Assembly: GCA_963737155.1 (NCBI GenBank)
Contig: CAVTRN010000002.1
Location: 320,001-384,000 of the forward strand
DNA: 64,000 bases
Direction: 5' to 3'
DNA from: Nitrospirota bacterium
GTDB lineage: Bacteria > Nitrospirota > UBA9217
Part shown: one piece after another, positions 41,940 through 53,643 of the stretch
Layout: the number at the start of each line of letters is the position of its first letter
Numbering within the stretch: position 1 is the first letter of the stretch
Notes under the pieces: generated by a model
What the model saw: the letters and a program-made list of their open reading frames with translations, nothing else
The model's database searches: none
What the model was told of the DNA's origin: nothing
Position numbers and translations under genes: made by a program

Positions 41940-43541
41940 ATGAAAATCAGGGACATATCAATAAAATGGAAGCTTGCTGTACCGATTCTTTTTTTTATAG
42001 TCGTGGGAGTTACTATCACGACCGTAGTGACGGGGTATAAAACAGAGTCCATTGTTCTTCACGAAGTGGAGCGTTCGACTCTTTCGGGATACAGGGATAC
42101 TATTCTGAATACCCTCACGACTATGATGATAGCAAACAATATTAAAGATACCAAAAAGCCGTTCCTCGAGCAGATGCAGAGCATCGTGGATCTGCGTGTC
42201 ATCCGGTCGGAGAACGTCGACAGAGACTTTGGGAAAAGTAATGCCGAAGATTACACCGCCGATGACCTGGACCGTGATGTTATCGAAAAAGGAGTGGAAA
42301 GGGTCGTCGTGGAAGGAGATTCCATCCGGGGAGTATATCCTTATATTGCAAAAGAAAATTTCATGGGCAAAAATTGCCTTTCTTGTCACAACGTGAAGGA
42401 AGGAACGGTACTGGGAGCCATCAGCATCAAAGTGCCACTCAGTGAATCCTTCGGCAGGATACGGGCGATGCAGTATCTTTATGGTGTGCTGGGGCTGTGC
42501 GGCATTATTGTAATGACCATCATTGTCTTGGTTCTTGTCCACTTAAACCTTTCACCCATGAAGGACCTGATCGCAAAGGTGAGGCGGGTCGGGGAAGGAT
42601 ATATCGATACATCACTCTACCGAGAAGGCAAAGACGAAATAGCTCAAATGTCGCAGAATGTGGACATGGTCATCAAACATTTTTCACACATGCTTAATAC
42701 CATCATTAAGACTTCCGCCAAAATAATGCCGGCGGTAGACATAGTCAGGGGTCATGCTAATGTCACTTCGGAAGGGGCGAAAAAACAGGCGGGCCAGGCA
42801 CATGCGATTGCGGCGGCTGCCGAAGAGATGAACCAGACCATCGCGGACATAGCAAAAAATGCGGGGGAATCCGCCGACAACTCAAAGGAAGCCTTGGAAA
42901 TAGTGGAAAGCGGGAAACAGATAACGAACATTTCCGTAGACACGATCAATGAGCTTAACGGCTCGACACTTGAGCTCTCAAATACAATCGAAAAGCTGAA
43001 CAAAAGGGCATCGGAGATCGGAAACATCGTGACAGTCATCAAAGGCATCGCGGACCAGACGAATCTCCTTGCTTTGAATGCAGCAATAGAGGCTGCACGG
43101 GCCGGGGAACAGGGAAGAGGGTTTGCTGTAGTGGCTGACGAGGTAAGAAAACTGGCGGAAAGGACTATTCAGGCGACCGAGGAGATCTCAACGGAAATCG
43201 GCGCTATACAGTCCGAGTCCAGCCAGACAGCAGCTTCGATGGCAGAATCAGCAAAAGGGGTGACAAAGGCCGGTGGACATATCAAGAACCTGAACAATGT
43301 TCTTGAGACCATCGTGGAGTCGATTACGAAGGTGAAGGACCAGATCAATCAGATTGCAACAGCAGTAGAGGAGCAGTCGGCAACGGCGGCAGAAATATCG
43401 AAAAATATTGAATCCACCTCAACCATTTCGAGGGACATGGAAAAAATGGCAGACAAGGTTACCGGTGAAGTGCAGCATCTTTCGGGAATCGCCGCGGAGC
43501 TGGGCAGAGCTACCGCCGATATTAAAACCGTCAGTAGCTAA
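41940..43541 (+). CDS. Methyl-accepting chemotaxis protein with c-type heme sensor
   Basis: CLSCH in the periplasmic domain, [38 protein letters not shown]. Confidence 0.95.
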   Translation: MKIRDISIKWKLAVPILFFIVVGVTITTVVTGYKTESIVLHEVERSTLSGYRDTILNTLTTMMIANNIKDTKKPFLEQMQSIVDLRVIRSENVDRDFGKSNAEDYTADDLDRDVIEKGVERVVVEGDSIRGVYPYIAKENFMGKNCLSCHNVKEGTVLGAISIKVPLSESFGRIRAMQYLYGVLGLCGIIVMTIIVLVLVHLNLSPMKDLIAKVRRVGEGYIDTSLYREGKDEIAQMSQNVDMVIKHFSHMLNTIIKTSAKIMPAVDIVRGHANVTSEGAKKQAGQAHAIAAAAEEMNQTIADIAKNAGESADNSKEALEIVESGKQITNISVDTINELNGSTLELSNTIEKLNKRASEIGNIVTVIKGIADQTNLLALNAAIEAARAGEQGRGFAVVADEVRKLAERTIQATEEISTEIGAIQSESSQTAASMAESAKGVTKAGGHIKNLNNVLETIVESITKVKDQINQIATAVEEQSATAAEISKNIESTSTISRDMEKMADKVTGEVQHLSGIAAELGRATADIKTVSS

Positions 43542-43780
43542 TTATTTACGATGGCCGAAACTACCGTCGCATGACCTCCATCCTCAGTGATGGCAAGGGT
43601 TGTGTTTTCATTGGTCATAAACGTCATAACGTTTTCGGCGTTCTTAGATGAATCGGTTCAGCACTAGAAAGGATGTTTCGTCATATGCTTTTGTTATCAT
43701 AAGTACATATGTCAGAGCAAGCATCAGTTCAAAAATTAGTAACGTGATATCTGCGATTTGTCATTGGCGAAAGGATATAC

Positions 43781-44719
43781 ATGATAACCGCTAAATCTCA
43801 CGGTATGAGAAATGCAGTCGCGGTTGCGTTGTTACTTCTTGGTTGTGGGACATTCGCAAACATGTACCTGAAGAATCGAGTTATCGCTAGGCTTGGCTTT
43901 TACGAGGTTAGCCGGCAGATTGTCGAGACTCCCGTCTTCTCTTTTTTACCCAGATGGTTTCTCAATAGAGCAGCTGTGTCAATCTCGCACGAACGCAACG
44001 CCGGTGTATTGAAGAGCGCGCTTGAGGTGTTTGACCCATCATTGAGATCTTTTCTGACATCGGTGCCGATAATTTTGGATTCCTCGGCAAATACCGCGAA
44101 ATCGTATCCTGCAAAAGGCTATATTGGAGTCAGTCCGGACTGGGACAATACTGTGTTTCAATCACAGTACAGGGCAATTTATGAACAAAGGGGAATGAAG
44201 CCGGAAGATCCAGTATTCATGCAACGCTTCAAGACGGATTTGTTGATACACGAATTTTTGCACATACTCCAAGTTCACCAGGGAATTGATAGCCGTTCGT
44301 GTTACGAGGTGGTTGCGCGATGGTATTTAGACCCACGATATGGCATGCCGTCTGCAAATGGCGTAGTCCATGCTGACATGACGAAAGATAAAAGACCTGA
44401 TACACTCGTGATCAATAGGGTTAAATATATAGTATGGCATGAGTTGTACAATTATCGAGGGTTACGCGATGTACCACAGGATGAGAGCTGGAAGAATATG
44501 CAATATGGCGAAAGATACCGATTGTCGGAAAAGGGAGTAGAGGAGTTTGCCTACATCGGGCAAGAAATACTTGCCAGCGGAAGTAGTTCTGGGAACTACA
44601 TTAAGACAGGTCAGTGGTGCGATAAGGATTGGAGGGACAAGAAGATGAGGTTGTTGGAGGTTTCTCCAGAAGTTATTGCACTTTTCAGGGGTGTGTTCAA
44701 TCCTAAATTGACACGGTAG
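43781..44719 (+). CDS. Exported hypothetical protein with HEXXH motif (putative metallopeptidase)
   Basis: N-terminal hydrophobic segment. LLIHEFLHIL and downstream EEFA. Confidence 0.65.
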   Translation: MITAKSHGMRNAVAVALLLLGCGTFANMYLKNRVIARLGFYEVSRQIVETPVFSFLPRWFLNRAAVSISHERNAGVLKSALEVFDPSLRSFLTSVPIILDSSANTAKSYPAKGYIGVSPDWDNTVFQSQYRAIYEQRGMKPEDPVFMQRFKTDLLIHEFLHILQVHQGIDSRSCYEVVARWYLDPRYGMPSANGVVHADMTKDKRPDTLVINRVKYIVWHELYNYRGLRDVPQDESWKNMQYGERYRLSEKGVEEFAYIGQEILASGSSSGNYIKTGQWCDKDWRDKKMRLLEVSPEVIALFRGVFNPKLTR

Positions 44720-44722
44720 CAA

Positions 44723-44975
44723 GTGTCTTGTAAAGAGTTTTGTGTAAATGGTCTATTGGTTTAGAGTCCTGACATCTGTCCTTCAAACTGAATCGTAACC
44801 GGATTCAGCGTCGACTTCCATTCCCGGATCGGCACTATCCATTTCTTCGAGATGTTCTTCATGGCCAACGAAAGATCAGCATTCTATATCCTTTAACAAG
44901 CTATGCGCGCAGATGGCTCAAGGTCAACAAAATATCATAAGGCCACGGGGCATTCCGCCATGATTTGCTAATACT
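44723..44975 (-). mobile_element. IS256-family remnant (transposase C-terminus plus right end)
   Basis: LAMKNISKKWIVPIREWKSTLNPVTIQFEG followed by TTTACACAAAACTCTTTACA, an IS256-like terminal repeat. Confidence 0.7.
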
Positions 44976-45142
44976 AAAGAACTGCCAATGCGTTTTCCTC
45001 CCCTTGACAATTATTTAACTGATGCTAACCTGTTATCATATGGCCGGATTCGATTAGACCACATGTGTTATTCACCCCAATGATTTGATAATCAGATACT
45101 TTACACCGAGAGAATTATAATCATCACGCACGGAGGTGAGCT

Positions 45143-45616
45143 ATGATCACTCTTGAAGTCAACGGCAAAAATTATCAGGTAGATGTACTGCCGGATACAC
45201 CGCTGCTCTGGGTCATTCGGGAAGAGCTGAATCTCAAGGGCACGAAGTACGGGTGCGGGATAGCACAGTGCGGCGCCTGCACCGTGCACGTTGACGGAAA
45301 GGCGGAACGCTCCTGCCAGATTTCGGTAAAGGACGCCCAAGGCAGGAAGATTACGACCATCGAGGCACTTGGGACTGACCGGGTAGGCAAGGCGGTCCAG
45401 CAGGCGTGGATCGCGGAGGACGTGCCCCAATGCGGTTACTGCCAATCCGGCCAGATTATGCAGGCGGCGGCGCTCCTCACGCACAACCCCAAACCCCTGG
45501 ACTCTGACATCGACAACGACCTCTCAGGCAACCTCTGCCGGTGCGGCACATACCAGCGTATCCGCAAGGCCGTGCACCGTGCGGCCAGGATGCTGGCAAA
45601 AGGAGGTAAACCATGA
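45143..45616 (+). CDS. iorA: (2Fe-2S) subunit of IorA/xanthine dehydrogenase-family oxidoreductase
   Basis: [32 protein letters not shown]. Confidence 0.93.
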   Translation: MITLEVNGKNYQVDVLPDTPLLWVIREELNLKGTKYGCGIAQCGACTVHVDGKAERSCQISVKDAQGRKITTIEALGTDRVGKAVQQAWIAEDVPQCGYCQSGQIMQAAALLTHNPKPLDSDIDNDLSGNLCRCGTYQRIRKAVHRAARMLAKGGKP

Positions 45617-47778
45617 GCGAGATCATCAAGATAACCAGGCGTGATTTTTTAAAGACAGGGGCATTGGTCGGAGGAGGTTTGATACTCGGTTTTCATCTGC
45701 CGGTGCGCGAGTCTTTCAGCCAAACGCTGACACAGCCGGCTACACCCATCGTGCCGAATGCTTTCATCCGCATCGGCACTGATGATACCATAACCATCAT
45801 CGTTAACCATTCTGAAATGGGCCAGGGCGTGTACACATCGCTTCCGATGCTCATTGCTGAAGAACTTGAATGTGATTGGAGCAAAGTGCGAGTGGAGCCG
45901 GCTCCCGTGGACCCCGTATACAATCACACCGCCTTCGGCATCCAGATGACCGGCGGTAGCAGCAGCGTTTGGAGCGAGTATGATCGGCTGCGCATGGTGG
46001 GTGCCGCTGCCCGGGAGATGCTGATCGCTGCGGCTGCCAACCTGTGGAAGGTGGACAAGGAAAGCTGCCGCGCCCAGACGGGAAAAGTCATCCACAGGAG
46101 TGGCAAATCCCTCAGCTATGGGAAGCTCGCGGGCAGGGCTGCTACCTTGCCCGTGCCGCAGAACGTAAAGCTTAAAGACCCGTCGAAGTTCAAGATCATC
46201 GGGAAACCCACAGGCCGTCTCGACACGCCGGAAAAGGTAAACGGCAGGGCCGTGTTCGGACTGGATGTTTCGTTGTCCGGCATGCTCACGGCCGTGATCG
46301 CTCGGCCCCCGGTGTTCGGTGCAAAAGTAGTGAGCGTCAACGCCGATAAGTCCAAGACTGTTCCCGGAGTTCAGGATGTGGTGCAGGTGCCCTCAGGGGT
46401 GGCGGTGATCGCTTCAGGCTTCTGGCCGGCGAAGAAAGGGCGGGACGCACTTGAGATCGTCTGGGACAAAGGAGAGGGTGCGACTTTCTCAACAGCGGGC
46501 ATGCGTGATCAGTATATGAACCTGGCTAAAACCCCCGGGACTGTCGCCCGGAAAGAAGGCGACTCCGTAGATGCGCTCTCGAAGGCGGCAAAGCAAGTTA
46601 GCGCCGAGTATGAAGTCCCCTACCTTTCCCATGCAACCATGGAGACATTGAACTGTCTGGTTGATCTGCGCACCGATAGCTGTGAAATCTGGACCGGTAC
46701 GCAATTTCAGACCGTTGATCGGGATGCCGCTGCACGAGTTGCGGGTCTTGAACCCGAGAAGGTGAGGATTCACACGACGTTTCTCGGAGGCGGTTTCGGC
46801 CGCCGTGCTAACCCCCGATCCGATTTCGTCATTGAGGCGGTGCAGGTCGCGAAAGCGGTTGGGAAACCGGTCAAGGTGGTCTGGACCCGTGAGGACGACA
46901 TTACAGGAGGCTATTACCGCCCGATGTGGCGCGACCAGATCGCTGCAGGACTCGATGAGGGCGGAAGCCTGGTCGCCTGGCAGCATACGATCGTTGGACA
47001 ATCGATTCTGAGCGGGACACTGTTTGAACAAATGCTCGTCAAGAACGGCGTGGACGGGACGTCAGTTGAAGGGGCCAAAGACATTCCTTACGGAATCCCG
47101 AACATTCTTGTCGACCTGCACAGTCCGAAGCTCGCGGTACCGGTGCTCTGGTGGCGCTCTGTCGGCCATTCTCATACCGCTTTTGTCGTCGAAAGCTTCA
47201 TGGACGAGGTGGCGTACGCGGCCGGCAAGGACCCCTATGAACTGCGCCGCGTGCTCCTCGCCGGTCACCCACGCCACCTCGGCGTGTTGAACCTCGCCGT
47301 GCAGAAGGCGGGCTGGGGCATGCCGCTTCCGACAGGACGGGCGCGCGGCATCGCTGTGCACGATTCATTCGGCAGTTACGTCGCGCAGGTGGCGGAGGTG
47401 TCGGTGAGCCCCGCAGGGCAGGCGCGCGTGCACAAGGTGGTGTGTGCCGTGGACTGCGGTCAGTTCGTCAACCCCGACACTATCAAAGCACAGATGGAGG
47501 GGGGGATCGTCTTTGGCCTTTCCGCCGCACTTTACGGTGCGATCACTTTCAAGGATGGCCGGGTGGAGCAGAGCAATTTCGACGACTATCATCTCCTGCG
47601 TTTGAACGAAATGCCCGAAGTCGAGGTATACATTATGCCAAGTACGGAAAAGCCAGGCGGCATCGGGGAGCCGGGTGTGCCACCGATTGCTCCGGCTGTC
47701 TGTAATGCCATATTCACCTTGACCGGCAAACGCATCCGTCGGCTGCCTATTCGGGTCGAAGAACTGAAAATGGCATAA
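45613..47778 (+). CDS. iorB: Molybdopterin-binding subunit, IorB-type, Tat-exported
   Basis: TRRDFLK Tat motif, [28 protein letters not shown] overlap with iorA. Confidence 0.93.
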   Translation: MSEIIKITRRDFLKTGALVGGGLILGFHLPVRESFSQTLTQPATPIVPNAFIRIGTDDTITIIVNHSEMGQGVYTSLPMLIAEELECDWSKVRVEPAPVDPVYNHTAFGIQMTGGSSSVWSEYDRLRMVGAAAREMLIAAAANLWKVDKESCRAQTGKVIHRSGKSLSYGKLAGRAATLPVPQNVKLKDPSKFKIIGKPTGRLDTPEKVNGRAVFGLDVSLSGMLTAVIARPPVFGAKVVSVNADKSKTVPGVQDVVQVPSGVAVIASGFWPAKKGRDALEIVWDKGEGATFSTAGMRDQYMNLAKTPGTVARKEGDSVDALSKAAKQVSAEYEVPYLSHATMETLNCLVDLRTDSCEIWTGTQFQTVDRDAAARVAGLEPEKVRIHTTFLGGGFGRRANPRSDFVIEAVQVAKAVGKPVKVVWTREDDITGGYYRPMWRDQIAAGLDEGGSLVAWQHTIVGQSILSGTLFEQMLVKNGVDGTSVEGAKDIPYGIPNILVDLHSPKLAVPVLWWRSVGHSHTAFVVESFMDEVAYAAGKDPYELRRVLLAGHPRHLGVLNLAVQKAGWGMPLPTGRARGIAVHDSFGSYVAQVAEVSVSPAGQARVHKVVCAVDCGQFVNPDTIKAQMEGGIVFGLSAALYGAITFKDGRVEQSNFDDYHLLRLNEMPEVEVYIMPSTEKPGGIGEPGVPPIAPAVCNAIFTLTGKRIRRLPIRVEELKMA

Positions 47779-48203
47779 CTGCGGTGGAGTGAGCTCTCCC
47801 CAATTATTGTACAAGGTGGAATATTGAACGGTGGCTCGAGGGGCTAGCTGCCGCATTGCCCGCACCTCAATTCGCTGTTATATCTTAGGCGCGTATTTGA
47901 AAATAAAATAGTCCTGCTTGATGTTGGTTATATTTTTTTCCCAAGGCCATCTCTCCTCGACGCCGGCAGAAGTCCGATTTTGAGTTATTTTTATTGAAAT
48001 TGATCCGCACAAAAGACATGGAATAAACAGTATAGATTATTTAAAACTTGCAAAGATGCCGAAGAGAGCGCCAAAGGGAAGGAGAGGCATGAATGTAGTG
48101 AGAGAGGCCAGCGGCGTATTTTGCATTAATGAGTATCGGAGCTGACACTCTATCTGAAACTACGTTGCTGGATTTCTGGGTGTTGTCAAAGAGGGGAGAG
48201 ATA

Positions 48204-48701
48204 ATGGCAAGCGATAGAGTCGAGTGGGCGGGATGGCCGATTGTGGTGCATTCCACGCGAACGGCTGTGGCAGCTGTGGCATCAGTCTTGGCAGCACGGT
48301 TATTCCGACTGCCGGAAGCATATTGGGCAGCGATTACAACCCTAGTAATCACACAGTCATCGCTCGGTACAGCGCTCACCGTTTCCTGGCAGCGATTCGT
48401 CGGAACAGCGCTTGGAGCGGTCGTCGGTGCGATTGTGGCGAGTCACTTTGGGCCGGACGTGCTTGTCTTCGGTATTTGCGTCTTCATTCTGGGGCTGCTT
48501 TGCGCTGTGGCGCAGTCGGATCGAAGCGCATATCGCTTTGGAGGCGTTACGCTGGCTATTGTATTGTTGGTGCCGCGAACGGGTCCTGCATGGAGTATCG
48601 CTTTTCATCGGTTCGCCGAAGTGTCCATCGGACTTGCGATGGCGCTGATTTTGGCGTGGGTATGGCCTGAGAGGGAACTCACATCATCGGGGAAAGTTTG
48701 A
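48204..48701 (+). CDS. FUSC/aromatic acid exporter-family membrane protein
   Basis: YWAAIT..V.Q, RFVGTALGA, RFAEVSIG. Confidence 0.8.
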   Translation: MASDRVEWAGWPIVVHSTRTAVAAVASVLAARLFRLPEAYWAAITTLVITQSSLGTALTVSWQRFVGTALGAVVGAIVASHFGPDVLVFGICVFILGLLCAVAQSDRSAYRFGGVTLAIVLLVPRTGPAWSIAFHRFAEVSIGLAMALILAWVWPERELTSSGKV

Positions 48702-49022
48702 ATTCTTCCTTATTCATAACCAGAACCTGCGCGGCTCCTTCACCTGGATGCCGGCACCATCGTGTTCGGATGGCTGGAGCAGCCAGAGCGTTAATTATGG
48801 TAGACACGGTGTTTCCTCTGTAGCGGGTCGCAGACGTGCATCGTGCCCTCGAAACCAGCCAAGTCGTAGGCAATCGGTTCTCACAGTGCAGTAATGGGGG
48901 CCGATACTCCGCCATTTCAATACCGGACAGCCGTATACTGCTTAGCTTCCTGTTATGATATGCATCATAACGCATTGGCGAATAATAATATATCATGGCA
49001 CCATGATCCGAAGGACATTATT

Positions 49023-50147
49023 ATGAACCGCTTCTTATTTTTCCCCCATGCGCTCACAGTCCGGAAGCGAACAATGTTCATCGCTGCGGTCGCTTTTGCA
49101 CTGTTTGTCGTGATATCATGCTCAACCAGGCACGTCCCTTCGCTGACAGCATTATCAATCAAATACCGACCTATCAAGATCGCAACGCATATTCAGGAAC
49201 AACCAGGCAGCTTTGCATGGTCTAACGATGGAAGAACCCTTGCATTTGTAAAGAAGGGAATGATAAATCTGTATAATGTAGGATCACCAGGAGTGAGGTC
49301 TATACGGCTAAACGGCGCTCATTCTATAAGCTGGTCACCAGAAAATACCCTTTTCGTCCTTGCGAAGGATAGCGGGAAGGATATTCTTTGTACGATCGAC
49401 CGCAATAGCCTCGAAATTTCGGAAACATCCGTCGATGCAGGTGCTGAGGCCGTTTATGCCACGGACGACAACCGTCATCTGCTCGTGTTATCAAAACGTA
49501 TCAGACAGTTTTCATTCGGAACAGAGATCGCGCTTTGTCTGACTTCGTACAAAAAGGATGCTAGCACTCCAAAAATCCTCTACGAATCCACCGAAACCTA
49601 CACGATCGACAAGCCTGATCTGCGCGCCATGTTGGCATGGACACATGCAGGCCTGCGCCCCGTAGATAATTCGCTGCTGGTTATCGAGCACATCGAGCCT
49701 CCTGAAGTCGCCCCCTATTCCCGCGTGATCATGATCGATACTGTAAGCGGGGAGACAACGAAGATCTCCGGCCGGCTGCCTAACACAATTTTTGTTTCTG
49801 CGAGATGGTCTCCTGACGGGAACATGGTAGCTTTGACTAGGGGAGATGGTAATCTTGAGATTCGAACTGTCCGCACCAACCAGCGAGTTCTATACCAATC
49901 GACCCCAGGGTTTTACCCGACTTGGAACCCGCAGGGAAATATAATTTATACCGGCGGAAATTTGGTCCCCCTTGATGGAAAGGAACCTGAGGCGCTTCTA
50001 TTAAACGATGCATGGAGCATCGCTCTATGGTCTCCTGACGGCACAATGCTTGCCGCATCCGCAGAGGGAGACCTTTGGTTGTTCAGGGACATGAGCCCAG
50101 TTTCAGACCGGCCCAATGCCAAACGTGATTGGACATTCTTGAAATAA
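49023..50147 (+). CDS. TolB-like beta-propeller putative lipoprotein
   Basis: Lipobox-like VISC. Repeated WSxDG/WSP motifs. Confidence 0.8.
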   Translation: MNRFLFFPHALTVRKRTMFIAAVAFALFVVISCSTRHVPSLTALSIKYRPIKIATHIQEQPGSFAWSNDGRTLAFVKKGMINLYNVGSPGVRSIRLNGAHSISWSPENTLFVLAKDSGKDILCTIDRNSLEISETSVDAGAEAVYATDDNRHLLVLSKRIRQFSFGTEIALCLTSYKKDASTPKILYESTETYTIDKPDLRAMLAWTHAGLRPVDNSLLVIEHIEPPEVAPYSRVIMIDTVSGETTKISGRLPNTIFVSARWSPDGNMVALTRGDGNLEIRTVRTNQRVLYQSTPGFYPTWNPQGNIIYTGGNLVPLDGKEPEALLLNDAWSIALWSPDGTMLAASAEGDLWLFRDMSPVSDRPNAKRDWTFLK

Positions 50148-50563
50148 ATGCAGCTATTGCGGGACCCATTCCTCGAGAGGCTTACCACGCCCCAAGAATA
50201 TCAAGAATGGAAGGGCAACCTTTTGAAAAAGAACTTATGGCTAATATGTTTATTTTCTAATCGCTTTCATCACAACAAAGCTGCCACTCATAGCGCAGTT
50301 ATCTTTTACCGACGATCCGCAAGGGGAAATGCCTGTACTATCATACGACCATTTAGCAGCCCGCAGATAATAACTGACACTTCCAGCGTTTATGGCCATG
50401 GCGCATGTTACATTGAAAGATGTTTATTTATGTTCTTCGCAGACGTGGTTGTCTGTATTCAGTGTCATCCAAGGTGAAATGATCAGGGTTCCCGCCAAAC
50501 AGAATATGCCCCATCTCATCTCTTTTTTGTGCCTACATATAACACCTTTCAAACTCGTATAAA

Positions 50564-51619
50564 TTATTTATTAGATTTTGCATGACTAAGTGTTCCATCA
50601 AACTTGGTGTATTGAATACCGTCAAGATTTATATTCCTTTCAAAAAGCGCTTTTTTTTGAGATTGACCATTTTTAAACTCTTCGCTGACATGGACTGTAA
50701 ATGTGAGGCTTTTACCGCTACAGTAATAGTACCACTCAACCCCATGCCCCTGTGGCGTGGAACCATTCGAGAAAAGAGATGTACCATTATCTTTATCGAC
50801 ACCGTTAAAATAAAGGTATTGTTGCTTCTCTATATAATCTACCAAAGCAATCGGGGTAACTTCTTCAAGAGAATAATACCAGCGGTCCTCGCCGGCATAT
50901 TTAATTATAACGAATTTATTGTTTATTAAAGTCCCTTGCCCTCCACTTTTATAGCAGAGAGTGTTTGCATATTGGAAAATGTTTATGTCGCTAATTACTG
51001 CGTTTTTACTGAAGCTATCACTACCATCGCCAGGCTTAATAATATATTTAGCTGTCTGATATATACTGCCATTTGATAAAGGAACAACTTTATTCTCCGG
51101 TGGTATATATCTGCTCTTGTAGACAAAATGTTGAGGTTTATTGTGTTTAATTACGATCGCTTTTATTTTACTAATATTGTTATCACGTCGTTGACCATTT
51201 TCATAAGCCTTATAAATATTAGTTATCTCAAATACACCCTTACACCTGTATTTTGTTAAATACTGTAAAATCTGTTTATTCTCCTCAACTTCTTTCCACT
51301 GTGAGGTTATATTGCCGGTATTTTTATTTAATAAAAACGTTTGTCTCTGTATTTTCCCCTTATTTTGAGAACATATTTCGCTCAAGTTGTCATATAACCC
51401 TGCATTTGTGTTTCCATCTAAACCATCATTCAGAGGTATAACAAGAGTATAATGGTCATCAATAGGGATAACCTCGTTTGTGTTTATTGAGTCAACAAGC
51501 GCATCCCGGACATTTACGATTTCATATGCATATGAATTATGTAATAGAGACAGGGACATTATCAACGCGAATACTATTAACCTTAAAATAAAAATTATGT
51601 TAGACGTGGATATTTTCAT
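50564..51619 (-). CDS. Low-GC secreted hypothetical protein
   Basis: 351-aa ORF with a signal peptide (SYA), markedly AT-rich. Confidence 0.7.
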   Translation of the reverse strand: MKISTSNIIFILRLIVFALIMSLSLLHNSYAYEIVNVRDALVDSINTNEVIPIDDHYTLVIPLNDGLDGNTNAGLYDNLSEICSQNKGKIQRQTFLLNKNTGNITSQWKEVEENKQILQYLTKYRCKGVFEITNIYKAYENGQRRDNNISKIKAIVIKHNKPQHFVYKSRYIPPENKVVPLSNGSIYQTAKYIIKPGDGSDSFSKNAVISDINIFQYANTLCYKSGGQGTLINNKFVIIKYAGEDRWYYSLEEVTPIALVDYIEKQQYLYFNGVDKDNGTSLFSNGSTPQGHGVEWYYYCSGKSLTFTVHVSEEFKNGQSQKKALFERNINLDGIQYTKFDGTLSHAKSNK

Positions 51620-52252
51620 TGAAATGATACTCTATATGCCTCTTTTGATAATATTAATATCATTTGATATTTATTATCGTCAGTTTGCTCTAAATGAATG
51701 CTGGCTTGTCTCGAATAACCGCAGCCAAATGATTTATATTTCGCGGGCCAACTTTCAGTTTCACCATAAGGTTAGCATCGGGATACCGAAGGATATAGCT
51801 ATATTAGCGATATCCTGAATATTCATTTTCTCTCCCATATATACCGCCCGATAGCCGGATTTGACCGTCGTTTATTGGGACGTTGCGAGATGGTCGGGGT
51901 GGATCATGCCGTTCGGCGACCTCGGTTCATAAGGGAATATGCTTTATCCATGGGGTCTTCCGCGTACAGTATATCTTTTAACCAAACGACATTAACATGG
52001 TTTATCATCGGATTGCTTTCCCTTAAGTCTCATTATCTCCTCTTAAATCGTGCGGCGCGGACTGACAGGGACAACCTCTATTTGTTTCCTATAGCATTAG
52101 TAAAATAAAGAAAACAAGAAGAATATAACAATGAGAGCTGTAACAGTTATAAAAGTGCTAATGGCAAGGCTTTTTTGGCCATGTACTTCTACTTTGTTAG
52201 TATTTTCTGGGTCCGCGTTTACGCAGCCCAGGAGACAAACGAAATGGCACCC

Positions 52253-52735
52253 TTAAAGCCAACGGCGCACACTTGATTTGTATCTAAGATATTCCTTCCC
52301 GAAACGGCGCTCCAAATACCGCTCTTCTTGCACAATAGCTAAGTAGTGCACTAAAACGACTACAACAGGTACCAGTAATAGTACCCAGAAATCATCGAGC
52401 CACAGCGTTAGCCCGATATAGAGGAAGACAAGGCTTAAGTACATCGGGTTCCTAGAGAATCGATAGGGACCGTTCGTAATGAGTGCCGTGGTCGGCTTAA
52501 TGGGCAAAGGGCTGGTGCCGGCGCGCCGGAACATGACGAAGCTCGAAGCGGCCAGCATTGCGGAAACAGCGAAACTCACAACTGATATAAAACGACCCAA
52601 TACCCGCGGGATTACTATTATGGGAAAGAGATGCTGCAGTTGAATACCGGCGACGAACACACCTATAAAGATAAGTGGTGGTGGGAATCGCACTCCTGGC
52701 ACATCACTCGGGTTTCGGCGTGACAATTTGACCAT
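52253..52735 (-). CDS. Isoprenylcysteine carboxyl methyltransferase (Ste14)-family protein
   Basis: GPYRFSRNPMY, EERYLERRFGKEYLRYK..VRRW. Confidence 0.9.
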   Translation of the reverse strand: MVKLSRRNPSDVPGVRFPPPLIFIGVFVAGIQLQHLFPIIVIPRVLGRFISVVSFAVSAMLAASSFVMFRRAGTSPLPIKPTTALITNGPYRFSRNPMYLSLVFLYIGLTLWLDDFWVLLLVPVVVVLVHYLAIVQEERYLERRFGKEYLRYKSSVRRWL

Positions 52736-53139
52736 AGCGACCTGTCAACGGCATGGGCCGATCTTTGAACCCAAGCACGTAATTTATATTGCCTTCTCTT
52801 CTGCACCTTGCATTTAGCACTGCCGTAACATCTTCGAAGCCCGCAAAATTCAATTGATTATATCATAGAATAAATTATTCCACATTTCAATTCGAAGTGT
52901 GGACATGGTAGCATGGATATTTAGGGGGAAAATATTGTCAGCTACGATATGAAAACTGCTGTGTTTGACAGAATGGCAACTACAGCAAGGTATCTTATTT
53001 ATCATGGCACAAGCAAACAAAGATTAATCGGAATTTATCAGTAAGCCGGCCGATCAGACGATCCTGAACTTCACTTACAAGTCCATAATTTTAATAAACA
53101 ACTAACAAGCTCCGGCTGAAACATACAACCGTAGTATCG

Positions 53140-53545
53140 TCACAGATGAGGCGCATGAGTACCCAACCAGTAGTCTAATATGCGCTTTATATCTTTTCTG
53201 AATTGATTGAGGTCTGTTGTTTTGTGCAGAAAATTGTTAGCTCCCGCCCTGACGGCTGGCTGTTCTTCCGATTCCAGAAATGAGTTCGTGACGATGACCA
53301 CTGGATTGTGCTCAATCTCTCGTCGTCACGTATTTTGTGCAGAATTTCGATGCCATCCATCCCGGGCATTTTCAGGTCGAGAAGCATCAGCTCCGGTGAA
53401 GTTTTCTTCCGCGTATGAGCGCCAGACCAGCTTATCCGCTAAAGGCGACTTCCGTCCTTAGATCCCGCCTGGTCTTAGATAGTTCCAGCTTCATCAACGG
53501 GACATCGTCCTCGTTGTCATCGATGATGAGGATTGCTGGTTGCAT
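53140..53545 (-). pseudogene. Single-domain response regulator pseudogene
   Basis: MQPAILIIDDNEDD..., an internal TAA, LLDLKMPGMDG, then a frameshift before VVIVTNS. Confidence 0.8.
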
Positions 53546-53643
53546 GGTAATCTCCAATAAATGAGGATTGCATAACGAGGACTATTGATGGAGAACGAAG
53601 ATATCGGCATCATGTCTTCAGTTATTCACGGAGTTCTTGTTCT

